From IMG/VR virus record IMGVR_UViG_3300018080_000107: a stretch of 64,000 nt of DNA, one strand, 5' to 3'. The notes under the pieces were generated by a model, which was not told the DNA's origin, ran no database searches, and worked only from the letters and a program-made list of their open reading frames with translations. A program made the position numbers and the translations under genes. This DNA comes from a virus. Below, one piece after another: positions 38,197 through 47,112 of the stretch (positions are counted from its first letter, which is position 1; every line of letters begins with the position of its first letter).

Positions 38197-38782
38197 TCTC
38201 TTCTCCGTCAATATCAAGAACCACACAACGCTTATCATCATTAAACTGTACTGGTACAATATCCACATGCTTAGCCTCTGTCATTCGACCGGCCAGATAT
38301 CCAAGAGTGTCGCTTGTCCGCATAGTGACAATATTATACACCTCAGCAATCTTCTGTGCCACTGGTGAATCCTCCACCTTGCCTGCCGAAACAATGGCCT
38401 GAACCATTTCGGTAACTGGTGGGAAATTGTGACCAGCCTTGAATGCCAACTTGCGCATTAATGGCTCATTGTAACTATCCACCATCACGACAAAAGTTCC
38501 ATTCTCCTGATCATGACGAGCAACACGTCCGGTACACTCAACCATAAACTTAATCATGATATCAGCAGCAGCAATTTCTGAAATCTTCTCAACGATATGT
38601 GTTGGTGTCTCATTTTCCCAACCTGCGACAAGAAACCACTCAAAAGTCTTCTCGCCCTTAAGAATATCATGCTTTGCACACTTGACAACCGTAGCCTTGT
38701 AAATACTATCTGCACGCCAAAAAGCTACCTGGATGGTGTCTTCAATCATCTCTGGATTAATCTTATCCATAATCAACTCCAA
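38177..38782 (-). CDS. Hypothetical protein
   Basis: 201 aa ORF coupled to neighbours. Confidence 0.65.
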   Translation of the reverse strand: MELIMDKINPEMIEDTIQVAFWRADSIYKATVVKCAKHDILKGEKTFEWFLVAGWENETPTHIVEKISEIAAADIMIKFMVECTGRVARHDQENGTFVVMVDSYNEPLMRKLAFKAGHNFPPVTEMVQAIVSAGKVEDSPVAQKIAEVYNIVTMRTSDTLGYLAGRMTEAKHVDIVPVQFNDDKRCVVLDIDGEENDSPTS

Positions 38783-39123
38783 TCTTCTTCAATTTGTTCA
38801 GCCTCAGTTTTAGGCTTATCTTCCATAACTTTACCAACTCGCTGCGTGGGTGACAGTGGTGTAATCAATTGCGGGTATCTTTGCTCACGTACCGTAATAT
38901 ATTTAAATGCAGCATCGTAAACATTGTCACTTACACTCGATTCACCATTGTAATACTGCCACGACCACAGAACACAGCATGAACGCAACCCTGCCACAGC
39001 TTCTATAACATCCTTTGGAACCTCAGACACATTAAATATGTCTTCAGCCGCCTCCCTACCAGCATCACGAACATACTGAGGGATACTTTCGTCCTCAAGC
39101 CATAATGGTAAACTTACTCTCAT
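38773..39123 (-). CDS. Stand-alone NAD-dependent DNA ligase domain Ia-like protein
   Basis: QYY.GES.VSD.VYD...YPQL..PLSPTQRVG. Confidence 0.7.
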   Translation of the reverse strand: MRVSLPLWLEDESIPQYVRDAGREAAEDIFNVSEVPKDVIEAVAGLRSCCVLWSWQYYNGESSVSDNVYDAAFKYITVREQRYPQLITPLSPTQRVGKVMEDKPKTEAEQIEEDWS

Positions 39124-39662
39124 TTTGGCGGCAACTTTCCACCAGGAACTGGCTCACCAAAACTTTCAATCTTATAACGCCAACCACCACGTCCATTCCC
39201 ATTACCGGGCCGACCCTTACCATTTCCTTGACCTTGACCACGACCTTTGCCGTTGCCTTGTCCACCTTTACCATTACCCTTGCCTTTGCCTCCACGCTTA
39301 TAAGTAACAGGTATACCCTTGCCCATCTTAGGACGACCTTGTTCAAGTCCCTCCTCTGCAGGCTTTACGTATGGTACTGTCACGATGCGTGTGGTATCCT
39401 TATCAAAAAGCCAAAGCGTAATCTTTTCTTTAGATTGGATTCTAAAATATATTACTGTAATTTTCTCTGGCAATTTATTCCACTCTGTCTCTACCGGATA
39501 GCCGAGAACCGACACATAAGAAAAATATGCGCCAGATCCACATAGTGCGATTAGAGGAACAAATAATGCCAAAGGCCATGACTTATTCTTTAGTGCTACC
39601 ACAAACGCAGCTACGGCAGCAACACATAGCCCAACTAAACTCAATACAAAAAGTTCAAACAT
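39120..39662 (-). CDS. Two-TM membrane protein with Gly/Lys-rich tail
   Basis: Two N-terminal hydrophobic helices, LGYP motif; third gene of the ExbB/D-like trio. Confidence 0.7.
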   Translation of the reverse strand: MFELFVLSLVGLCVAAVAAFVVALKNKSWPLALFVPLIALCGSGAYFSYVSVLGYPVETEWNKLPEKITVIYFRIQSKEKITLWLFDKDTTRIVTVPYVKPAEEGLEQGRPKMGKGIPVTYKRGGKGKGNGKGGQGNGKGRGQGQGNGKGRPGNGNGRGGWRYKIESFGEPVPGGKLPPK

Positions 39663-40258
39663 TATTCCTTCCCCACAAAATATTCCGGCCTATTAGTTCT
39701 AACCTGATTAACAGTATAGCCCTTACCCCTCTTTTCAACGGTAAACTTAACAAAGTGTGTCTCACTACGAGGAACAGAAATGATTTGCTTACCAGCATAA
39801 AGCATATTCTTCTTCTTTACATCCTGAATAAGAATCTCAACCTCAGTATCTGTTCCAGGCTCAACCTGCTGCGGATTGAAATAATGAACATTAACAATAT
39901 ATTCACCCTCCAAAATAGACCGAATTGTAATAATCTCTTCATTGTCCTTGATTACATATTCTGACCCATCAGGATTATGATACTTCCGCCAGTTTACAAC
40001 GTCAACGTCCAAGTGCGCAGGGGGCTCATCCCGCTTATTATATCCAACATGACGACCATCCGGCAACTTTAACCACAGGTCCATATCATTGTTGGCCTTC
40101 CAGCGCATTGTGATAAGAATGTTGTTTGCATTCTTTGCCTGCTCATCGTCCTTCTTCTTTGTCACCATCCAAAACGCAAGAACAAATAGTACGACAAAAG
40201 ATAAAAGCAAGTTGAACAGCAGGTCAATAATTACATTTCTTCCTGCTTTTCCAAACAT
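39662..40258 (-). CDS. ExbD/MotB-like single-TM protein with YfaP-like soluble domain
   Basis: IDLLFNLLLSF TM with Asp; W...DMDLW..PDG...LDVD...NEE...GEY.VNVHY. Confidence 0.6.
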   Translation of the reverse strand: MFGKAGRNVIIDLLFNLLLSFVVLFVLAFWMVTKKKDDEQAKNANNILITMRWKANNDMDLWLKLPDGRHVGYNKRDEPPAHLDVDVVNWRKYHNPDGSEYVIKDNEEIITIRSILEGEYIVNVHYFNPQQVEPGTDTEVEILIQDVKKKNMLYAGKQIISVPRSETHFVKFTVEKRGKGYTVNQVRTNRPEYFVGKE

Positions 40259-40726
40259 TTACTCACTCCACTTCTCTCGCACTACAGCGAGTTGAACAAT
40301 AAGCATGATTGCACACACAAGCCCAACAAGCGTTGTAACAAGCGCAGTGCCAACTCCAGACGAAATAGAAACCAATGCCTCCTTAAGAGACTCATGATTT
40401 GAAACATCGACTTCTGTAAACGCACCAGTTATTGCCATAATCAATCCAATAATAGTGCCCAAAAGCCCAAGTGTTGTGCAAAGCTCTGTAGCTTTGTCTG
40501 TTACACCAAAATCTGCGTCCCTGCCGCGCTTAAACACCTTGTAATTAAGATGAATAGAAGTAGCAACAAAAATGCCCAAGATCACCCATGACAAATGAGT
40601 CTGATCACTTGCCGCAATAAACTTACCAAGTCCCGCAATAAGTGCTGACGCCAAAGCCACCATCATTACAGAAAACGCAACCCACCACCTAACAAGTGGT
40701 GAGGACATTCCTTTGCTATTATCCAT
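40259..40726 (-). CDS. MotA/TolQ/ExbB proton-channel family protein
   Basis: LGLLGTIIGL and GVGTALVTTLVGL signatures. Confidence 0.85.
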   Translation of the reverse strand: MDNSKGMSSPLVRWWVAFSVMMVALASALIAGLGKFIAASDQTHLSWVILGIFVATSIHLNYKVFKRGRDADFGVTDKATELCTTLGLLGTIIGLIMAITGAFTEVDVSNHESLKEALVSISSGVGTALVTTLVGLVCAIMLIVQLAVVREKWSE

Positions 40727-41099
40727 CAGATTCTCCTATATCTTCTTCTTTCCATTTGCCGTTCTCATCACGACATTCTATTTTTAGATTTTTTGCCTGC
40801 ATTGATTCGTCTACAATCTCATCTATTGTTTTTCCAGACAGAATCTCTTTTACAGCCCTTGCATGCCACACCTTAAATTTAGCACTGCCAACCAAGTTGC
40901 GTAACGCTTCTTTAATGTTAGATTTGCGCTCACGATGTGATTGACCAGTCACTATAGCACCAGAGGCAGGGTGATGAAGGCGTACACAGTTTTGATGTCG
41001 ATTCCTGTGTTGGCCCCCAGCACCGCTGCCACTGAAATACTCAATTCGCAGGTCTTTTTTTGTGATGCTAAAAAGCAGTCTGCGATTAGATTTTGCCAT
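40719..41099 (-). CDS. Minimal GGQ peptidyl-tRNA hydrolase (RF-1 domain, ArfB/PrfH-like)
   Basis: GSGAGGQHRN...VRLHH..SG...QSHR...N...AL. Confidence 0.9.
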   Translation of the reverse strand: MAKSNRRLLFSITKKDLRIEYFSGSGAGGQHRNRHQNCVRLHHPASGAIVTGQSHRERKSNIKEALRNLVGSAKFKVWHARAVKEILSGKTIDEIVDESMQAKNLKIECRDENGKWKEEDIGESDG

Positions 41100-41458
41100 T
41101 AGTCCTCTACTGACAGCTTCTCGCCTGCAAGAAGAAAACGACTACGCTTATTACCCTCTCGGTCCTCCCAAGAATTTTCCTTGAGTTCGCCTTCGACTGT
41201 AACGACAACGCTATCATTCTCCTGAATGCGCTCGCCATCCTCAACATCGGGCAGGAAGTTAGCAAGCTGGCGGTTAATAGCCTTTGCTCGATCACCCCAA
41301 AACTCTACACCAATGCCGAAGAAACTTCCACGACTTGTCTTTGTGCGAACATAAACATTCAACACATCCTTACCTGTCGCGGTACTGCGAAGCTGCTTGT
41401 TGCTAACTACGCCTGTCAACATAATACGATTACCAAACTGTTCTGTCTTATCAGCCAT
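41099..41458 (-). CDS. ssb: Single-stranded DNA-binding protein (short)
   Basis: NRIMLTG, FWG..A, VEGEL...SWEDREG.KRS. Confidence 0.8.
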   Translation of the reverse strand: MADKTEQFGNRIMLTGVVSNKQLRSTATGKDVLNVYVRTKTSRGSFFGIGVEFWGDRAKAINRQLANFLPDVEDGERIQENDSVVVTVEGELKENSWEDREGNKRSRFLLAGEKLSVED

Positions 41459-41535
41459 TTGTTACCTCCAAAAAATACCTTGGCTGTCAAAATATTGAGC
41501 AAAAATACATTTTCCCGCTCTTACACCAAATAACC

Positions 41536-42780
41536 TTACTCACTTTTTACTGATGAGTCAAGCCCCATAAGCAAATTGCTACCCTGTGGCAGTATCGAGT
41601 TAGGTAGATTACCACTCCACTTCTTCGCCATTTCAAGACGCGCCTCGGCTTCCATCCTGTCAATTTCGAGCCGAATCTTTGCAGTCTGGGCCTCAAGAGC
41701 CTTATTGAACTCCTCGGCACACAGACGGTTATTCACTTCGATAGAAAGCAGTCGTTCGTTTTCCTGCTTTTGAGCCATCTTAAGGTTTTCCTTACGCTCA
41801 ATTTCCATCTCAGCTTCATAGTTCTTATCAATGGCATCCTGAATACGCTTATTCTCATAACTAAGACCACCTGAATGTCCAAGCATTCTAATAGTCACGC
41901 CAAACTTCTTCCAATACTTACTTGATTCAGCAAATGCGATGTCAAAAATAGCAGCCTTATCTGTCTTACAAGCAGCCAAATCACGAGCACCGAACTCACG
42001 AGCAAGAATCTTGGTAATAGATGCCCTAATGTCCTTGTCAATTACATCAGCAAGTGGTCTACCCTGCGGAAAATTGTAAAGATACGTAGCAGTGTTGGGC
42101 TCTTCGATTGCAGCAGTAATAGTACATCCAATACCAAACCCAATCGAATCCTTAGACTCTACATAAATTAGATCATCATTCTTAGAAGTTCCTGTTTCAT
42201 GCTCTGCGGTCCACTCACGCGATACCGGCGAACGATCTACAGTAATAACACGCACTGTCTCTACAATCTCTACATCATACCACATACGCCCAGTTGACTT
42301 ATAACGACGTGGAATATTGATACGCTTTGCAGCGACCTTACGCTCCTCAAGAAATGCAACCGAATCGAACTTTCCCTGGCTGGTCTTATTTGCACCCTCA
42401 AGAGGTACTACGAAACCAGTCTCACTTGGCCCGATATCCTTATACATTTCACCCATATAGGGCTTACATCCAACAACGCCAAAACATAGCGCCGCAAACA
42501 AAAACAACGACACAGACTTTCTCACTACATCCTCCTTAAATAACTTGCACAGTGGACCAATCCACAACAGAAATAAAAATACACAAAGTACAACTCCAAC
42601 AACCTTTAAGATGGCAGTATCTACAATCGCAGTCCTGGCAACATTATAAGCGACATCATCATCTTTTAGTTGCTCGACCGCCAACTGCCCCTCAATGGTG
42701 CCACGAGACACATCATATGCCCCATAAAGAAAAACACCAACAATAACAACAAGTAAACTAAGTACAACTCTAAGCTTCAT
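41536..42780 (-). CDS. SPFH/band-7-like membrane protein
   Basis: N-terminal TMs, lipobox-like VVGC, coiled coil, KWSGNLP end. Confidence 0.65.
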   Translation of the reverse strand: MKLRVVLSLLVVIVGVFLYGAYDVSRGTIEGQLAVEQLKDDDVAYNVARTAIVDTAILKVVGVVLCVFLFLLWIGPLCKLFKEDVVRKSVSLFLFAALCFGVVGCKPYMGEMYKDIGPSETGFVVPLEGANKTSQGKFDSVAFLEERKVAAKRINIPRRYKSTGRMWYDVEIVETVRVITVDRSPVSREWTAEHETGTSKNDDLIYVESKDSIGFGIGCTITAAIEEPNTATYLYNFPQGRPLADVIDKDIRASITKILAREFGARDLAACKTDKAAIFDIAFAESSKYWKKFGVTIRMLGHSGGLSYENKRIQDAIDKNYEAEMEIERKENLKMAQKQENERLLSIEVNNRLCAEEFNKALEAQTAKIRLEIDRMEAEARLEMAKKWSGNLPNSILPQGSNLLMGLDSSVKSE

Positions 42781-42810
42781 AAAATAAACCTCCTAAATAC
42801 CAAATAAAAA

Positions 42811-43236
42811 TTACTTGCGCAAACCCTTTGATGGGTCTATTGAAACAGCATTACTACCGTTGGGCAACTTAGTAACATTGATTCTAATATCCCCGCCTTC
42901 ATTTAGTTCGTCAGAAATATCAATACCCGTGTCCAGCGCCCATTTTCGTGCCTTATGCATAAAGGCGTCATACATTCCCTTAAGCGCCGCATTCTGAGCC
43001 TTAAGATCACAAACTTCTGATTCCAGTAAATCTGCTCGCTCTGTCTGGTCAACAAACTTCTGCTGCCACTCCTGGCATTTGGTACGCAATGCATTCGTTT
43101 CTTTATTTCTATGCCCCAACCTTGTTGTCAATTCTGAAATGCGCATACGTAATTTAAACTTCGTCTGGATAAAAATAATACCAAGTATCGCAATAGTAAT
43201 ACATGAAAAAATACCCACAACTGAAACCGCTGTCAT
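42811..43236 (-). CDS. TM + coiled-coil protein
   Basis: GAGGAG SD before MTAVS. Confidence 0.6.
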   Translation of the reverse strand: MTAVSVVGIFSCITIAILGIIFIQTKFKLRMRISELTTRLGHRNKETNALRTKCQEWQQKFVDQTERADLLESEVCDLKAQNAALKGMYDAFMHKARKWALDTGIDISDELNEGGDIRINVTKLPNGSNAVSIDPSKGLRK

Positions 43237-43341
43237 TTTAACTCCTCTGGGCCGCGCCCTCACTATTATGTATGTAGTTTGACCGAAGGTCTGTCGAGTC
43301 CTTTTTGTTGCGTTGGGGAGGGATACAATTTCACTCCCCTC

Positions 43342-43375
43342 AATATAATAGACGATTAAATCACCCGAAATTACA
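43342..43375 (-). promoter_or_regulatory. Putative ECF-like promoter TGTAA-N16-CGTCTATTATA
   Basis: Intergenic; followed by a hairpin-containing leader. Confidence 0.6.
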
Positions 43376-43385
43376 TGAAAATTTA

Positions 43386-43643
43386 TCAATTTTCCTTCGG
43401 GTGGTTGCAGCGATAATGAACTATCGCAACATTCGTTAGGCGCACTACCTTATTTTTGCCTACTCCATGCACCCGTACAGACTTTGGCGTATGCTCTTGG
43501 AAAGATTCGCCACAAAAATGACACTTCTTAGTTAATAGATACAATAGAATAAATGAAGACTGATTTATTTCAACAGAATAGCCTTTTTCTTTAAGCATTC
43601 GGCATAATTTCGCATATATTCGTCTCGCTGTACCCCTTGCCAC
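43386..43643 (-). CDS. HNH-like Zn protein, paralogue of 44939..45268
   Basis: KGY.V.I, CHFCG, IVHYRCN. Confidence 0.55.
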   Translation of the reverse strand: MARGTARRIYAKLCRMLKEKGYSVEINQSSFILLYLLTKKCHFCGESFQEHTPKSVRVHGVGKNKVVRLTNVAIVHYRCNHPKEN

Positions 43644-43657
43644 GATGCCCCCATATG

Positions 43658-43897
43658 CTATTGTCTGTTATAAGCCTCACAATCTGAACATTCTTCATCC
43701 TCACCAATGTCATGATGCCACTTTCCACACATCCTACAAAACTCACCCTCTGGCTCTTCATAATAAACATTAAGCGCATCCAATAAGCTGCCAATATGAC
43801 AGCCAACAAAACTATGCCCTTCGTGAATGCAGTCACCATCTACAAAAACCTGAATCCAATCATCTCCTCGTAGAATCTTGACCTCATGATGCTCCAT
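43658..43897 (-). CDS. Hypothetical Zn-finger protein
   Basis: GGAG SD; CRMCG, CSDC. Confidence 0.6.
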   Translation of the reverse strand: MEHHEVKILRGDDWIQVFVDGDCIHEGHSFVGCHIGSLLDALNVYYEEPEGEFCRMCGKWHHDIGEDEECSDCEAYNRQ

Positions 43898-44516
43898 ACT
43901 GGCACTCCCTCCTAAACAAAGCGTATAGTTGATGGCTCATATCTTTATACTGCGGATATGACAAAAATACTGTAGGCATAGCATTTCTAATGTTTTTCTT
44001 CTTATATGGCGCATGTCCTGGCTTATTCCAAGCTCTCAACCATCGAACCACAATATAATGATACATATAAGCGTTGGCTTTTTGTATATAACTATCTATA
44101 TCTATTGGAAGATGAAATTTGTGTATAAGTGCAACTGTTCTTTTTTCACAATCCAACTCAACCTCAATTGTCCGTCTAATCGCATCATCTATAAAAGAAG
44201 GCTCTAACTCTCTCCCATTCAACCACTCATCTATAAGAACAGAAGAATCCTCTCCGTCCATGTCACAATTTGTCCACGCATAACATTGAGACTTCCACTG
44301 AAGCATATGACAAAACTCATGTGCAAGAACTTCAATCCACTCTTCTTCTGGGCAGCCTATCGCAACCGCCAATTCCAATGGACTCTCTTCAAAGTAGCCA
44401 GCTATCCCAATTCCATCATATAAAATATGCGGCTCATCTACAAATTGAACATCAACCCCTTGGAGCCAACATCTCATTTCTACATATCGCTTAAATAACC
44501 TGGCAGACCACTTCAT
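43884..44516 (-). CDS. Putative zinc metallopeptidase
   Basis: LAHEFCHMLQ and downstream ELDCE. Confidence 0.65.
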   Translation of the reverse strand: MKWSARLFKRYVEMRCWLQGVDVQFVDEPHILYDGIGIAGYFEESPLELAVAIGCPEEEWIEVLAHEFCHMLQWKSQCYAWTNCDMDGEDSSVLIDEWLNGRELEPSFIDDAIRRTIEVELDCEKRTVALIHKFHLPIDIDSYIQKANAYMYHYIVVRWLRAWNKPGHAPYKKKNIRNAMPTVFLSYPQYKDMSHQLYALFRRECQYGAS

Positions 44517-44893
44517 TAATCCCCCTCATCTGACCTCATCTCCTCCTGACAGTCGTTGCAAATCCCACGCTCCTCTTCATCTTCACAAAGTTCACAACCA
44601 CATTCACCACATCGAGGCTCATAATAATCAAATGGATTAAATCCACTAATAGTTCCAGTTCCAAGAACTCTTGTTAAAACTTCAATATCATTCGGGTCAT
44701 CTGTTACAAGCTCGACATCTTTCTCTTCCAAAGTCCCATAAATTTCTGAATGTTTGCCAAGGACTTCGCCAAAATATATTTGATTGCCATACATTTCGAG
44801 CATTTGAGACTCAGTAGCAAAAAACATACCATCAAGACTACCCATGCGTCCACAATCCCAGAAAAACTTCCATAGACACAATTTATTACTCAT
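44516..44893 (-). CDS. Hypothetical phage protein
   Basis: WDCGRMG.L.G.F, YFGEVLGKHSE motifs. Confidence 0.7.
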   Translation of the reverse strand: MSNKLCLWKFFWDCGRMGSLDGMFFATESQMLEMYGNQIYFGEVLGKHSEIYGTLEEKDVELVTDDPNDIEVLTRVLGTGTISGFNPFDYYEPRCGECGCELCEDEEERGICNDCQEEMRSDEGD

Positions 44894-44938
44894 AATACCT
44901 CACTCTTTTCCTATACATCACTTTGACAGTGAAGTATT

Positions 44939-45268
44939 CTAATAAGGCTCTGGCTCTTTATGCGAACCGGCATTAGTGTTGCCAAGCATATTACAAGAAA
45001 GATGCACAATAGTAATATCCTTAATCGTAATTACTTTACAATCTTCTTCAACATCTACCTTAATAGACTTGACATGACTACGCTCATCTGCTCCGGTTCC
45101 AAAACCTCCACCACAAACTCCACATCGAAGTGCCTTGAGATAAACAGGATAAAACTGTTTCGTTGTGATGTCTACCTCATAGCCCTTCTTCTGCCAACGA
45201 TACTTGAACTTATAGAACACCTTTGAAGCATGTCCTTTGTCCGTGTGTGCCCATTCTCCATTAGGCAT
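44939..45268 (-). CDS. HNH-like Zn protein, paralogue of 43386..43643
   Basis: KGY.V.I, CGVCG, IVHLSCN. Confidence 0.55.
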   Translation of the reverse strand: MPNGEWAHTDKGHASKVFYKFKYRWQKKGYEVDITTKQFYPVYLKALRCGVCGGGFGTGADERSHVKSIKVDVEEDCKVITIKDITIVHLSCNMLGNTNAGSHKEPEPY

Positions 45269-45270
45269 AA

Positions 45271-45696
45271 CTATTCCCCCTTTTTAAACTTTTCTACCCA
45301 TTCTGGTAACACATACAGCGCACTGTTGTCAATAGTTCCCTCTTCCCACTTACTACTGTCATTACCAGGCGCATATAGATATTCCACGTTCCCATTTTGC
45401 AAAAACTCAAATTCGAGGACCGAACTTTCGCTATGTATCTCAAGCTGCACCCCTCCATCCACAAGAGGCACTATTTGCCATTCAACATCGAGCAATTGCG
45501 GAAATTCCTTTATTGCCTCGTTTATGTCCATTACGATTGATGGATTAATAAATTCGGCACTATAACCATCCCAGCCTTTTTCAAGCTGTATTAATCGCTG
45601 CAGGGCTTTATTAATACGTATATAGCTTATAAGACGGGCTCGGTTGCCTCGAATTCCGGCTCCCTCTCCCGCCGATACTCTATCGGGCCGTTTCAT
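45271..45696 (-). CDS. Hypothetical protein
   Basis: L..GWDGY.A...P..DGGVQLE motif. Confidence 0.6.
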   Translation of the reverse strand: MKRPDRVSAGEGAGIRGNRARLISYIRINKALQRLIQLEKGWDGYSAEFINPSIVMDINEAIKEFPQLLDVEWQIVPLVDGGVQLEIHSESSVLEFEFLQNGNVEYLYAPGNDSSKWEEGTIDNSALYVLPEWVEKFKKGE

Positions 45697-45922
45697 TTTC
45701 CAAGAACTCCTTAATTGGTAAAAGAATGGAAGTCCACAATTGTTTCTGTCCACCTTCAAACCCAAATTCCTCTATGTCCTTAGTCGCGGCGATAGAAAGA
45801 TGCGTATCTGCGTGCTCTAATAGTTTGAGCGCCTTTTTATATTTCTCTTCTAATGCGTCATAACAATCCTGGCAGACATTATTCTCGTATCTCTCTTGTT
45901 CACATTCGCTGCAGCAGTTCAT
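45680..45922 (-). CDS. Hypothetical protein
   Basis: Coupled ORF; CSEC/CQDC. Confidence 0.55.
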   Translation of the reverse strand: MNCCSECEQERYENNVCQDCYDALEEKYKKALKLLEHADTHLSIAATKDIEEFGFEGGQKQLWTSILLPIKEFLENETAR

Positions 45923-46218
45923 TACTCAGCCGCCATCTTTTCCGCAACTTCCCACAGATAATTTTCATCGAGCACTTCAAAACCGAGGACCACACCGAGG
46001 CTATCAAGTTCCTCCTCGTCAAGAAAGAAATCGCCAACTTGCGAAAGGTCCGTCACCATACACTCCTCTGGCCGAAATCCCATAAGTGATAAAAGCGTAT
46101 AAACCTGTTCCCCGTACTGGACCATCTTATCTTGCGCGGCAAACTCTATCTTACCTTCGCGTGCCAATCGGGCGATTAACTCACGGTCTTCCTGACTTGC
46201 TTCTTTACGCTCCATCAA
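45922..46218 (-). CDS. Hypothetical acidic protein
   Basis: GGAGG SD. Confidence 0.6.
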   Translation of the reverse strand: MMERKEASQEDRELIARLAREGKIEFAAQDKMVQYGEQVYTLLSLMGFRPEECMVTDLSQVGDFFLDEEELDSLGVVLGFEVLDENYLWEVAEKMAAE

Positions 46219-46448
46219 AATCCTCCACTAATATGTTGCTGGAATAACATTCCGAACACCCATGCTAAAAAACCAAATATAAGGGCACCCACTCCACTGC
46301 CGATCATTTCTATCCACAGTATTACAGTTTCGACCCTATCTTCACCTTCACCGTCTTTAATCGCACGTGCCTTCTTTCCACACCCACAACCAAACATGAA
46401 TGCAAAAAACAAGTATACGATAAACATCACTGCGTATTCCATTGTCAC
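46215..46448 (-). CDS. Small two-TM membrane protein
   Basis: Two hydrophobic segments. Confidence 0.55.
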   Translation of the reverse strand: MTMEYAVMFIVYLFFAFMFGCGCGKKARAIKDGEGEDRVETVILWIEMIGSGVGALIFGFLAWVFGMLFQQHISGGF

Positions 46449-46708
46449 CTCGGTATTATTTCAAATTCATCTAAACCACACAATTCCCCATCATCTGGAT
46501 TCCCGTCTATTGGCCCACGAAATAATCCGGCAATTTTATTTTGATTTGCGATTAAAAATTCGTGCGTCCAAGTTTCATCGGGCTTCTGATGACCAAGCCA
46601 TATACAATCACCGTCCTCTATCTCACATTCCGAACCAGCCAGAAACCAAGTCCCATCTGATATAAACCTATATAGTGCATTAAAATCAAGCTTCATATTG
46701 CTCCGCAT
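46445..46708 (-). CDS. Hypothetical protein
   Basis: ORF in coupled run. Confidence 0.55.
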   Translation of the reverse strand: MRSNMKLDFNALYRFISDGTWFLAGSECEIEDGDCIWLGHQKPDETWTHEFLIANQNKIAGLFRGPIDGNPDDGELCGLDEFEIIPR

Positions 46709-46746
46709 ATCATGAAATATTATTAGCGCAATAATCCCAGCCGCAA

Positions 46747-46950
46747 CTAAGCAGCCCCTTCATTATCAAGCTCATGTAAAAGTCTCTCGGCCATTTCTCC
46801 TATGCAGCCACATGGGTAAAAGTGTTTAAAGTGCTTCCATTTCTTTTTACACTCCGTGCAGGACTCATACCGCTTGGTACAGTCGCGCTCATTATGCAGC
46901 ACCGTCAACAACCCGCCTATTATTTGTCGAATGCGTTTTGTATTCGCCAT
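46747..46950 (-). CDS. Hypothetical Cys-containing protein
   Basis: AAGGAGG SD. Confidence 0.6.
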   Translation of the reverse strand: MANTKRIRQIIGGLLTVLHNERDCTKRYESCTECKKKWKHFKHFYPCGCIGEMAERLLHELDNEGAA

Positions 46951-46968
46951 GTTCGCCTCCTTAATAAA

Positions 46969-47076
46969 TGGGCGACCCTGGTAGCCGGTGCGTCCACTAC
47001 TGTCGCCCCGATCTCACGTTACAGTATCCTTACGGTCAAGCCGCCTCGAACGAACTACCAGGAATCTTACCGCCCA
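46969..47076 (-). ncRNA. Candidate ~108-nt structured RNA
   Basis: Ends pair (TGGGCGG/TCGCCCA; CCTGGTAGT/GCTACCAGG); inner CC-GTAA-GG and TACTGT/ACAGTA stems. Confidence 0.5.
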
Positions 47077-47112
47077 CATTATTATTATACGTCTTCTATA
47101 GGGAGGGTTTGT

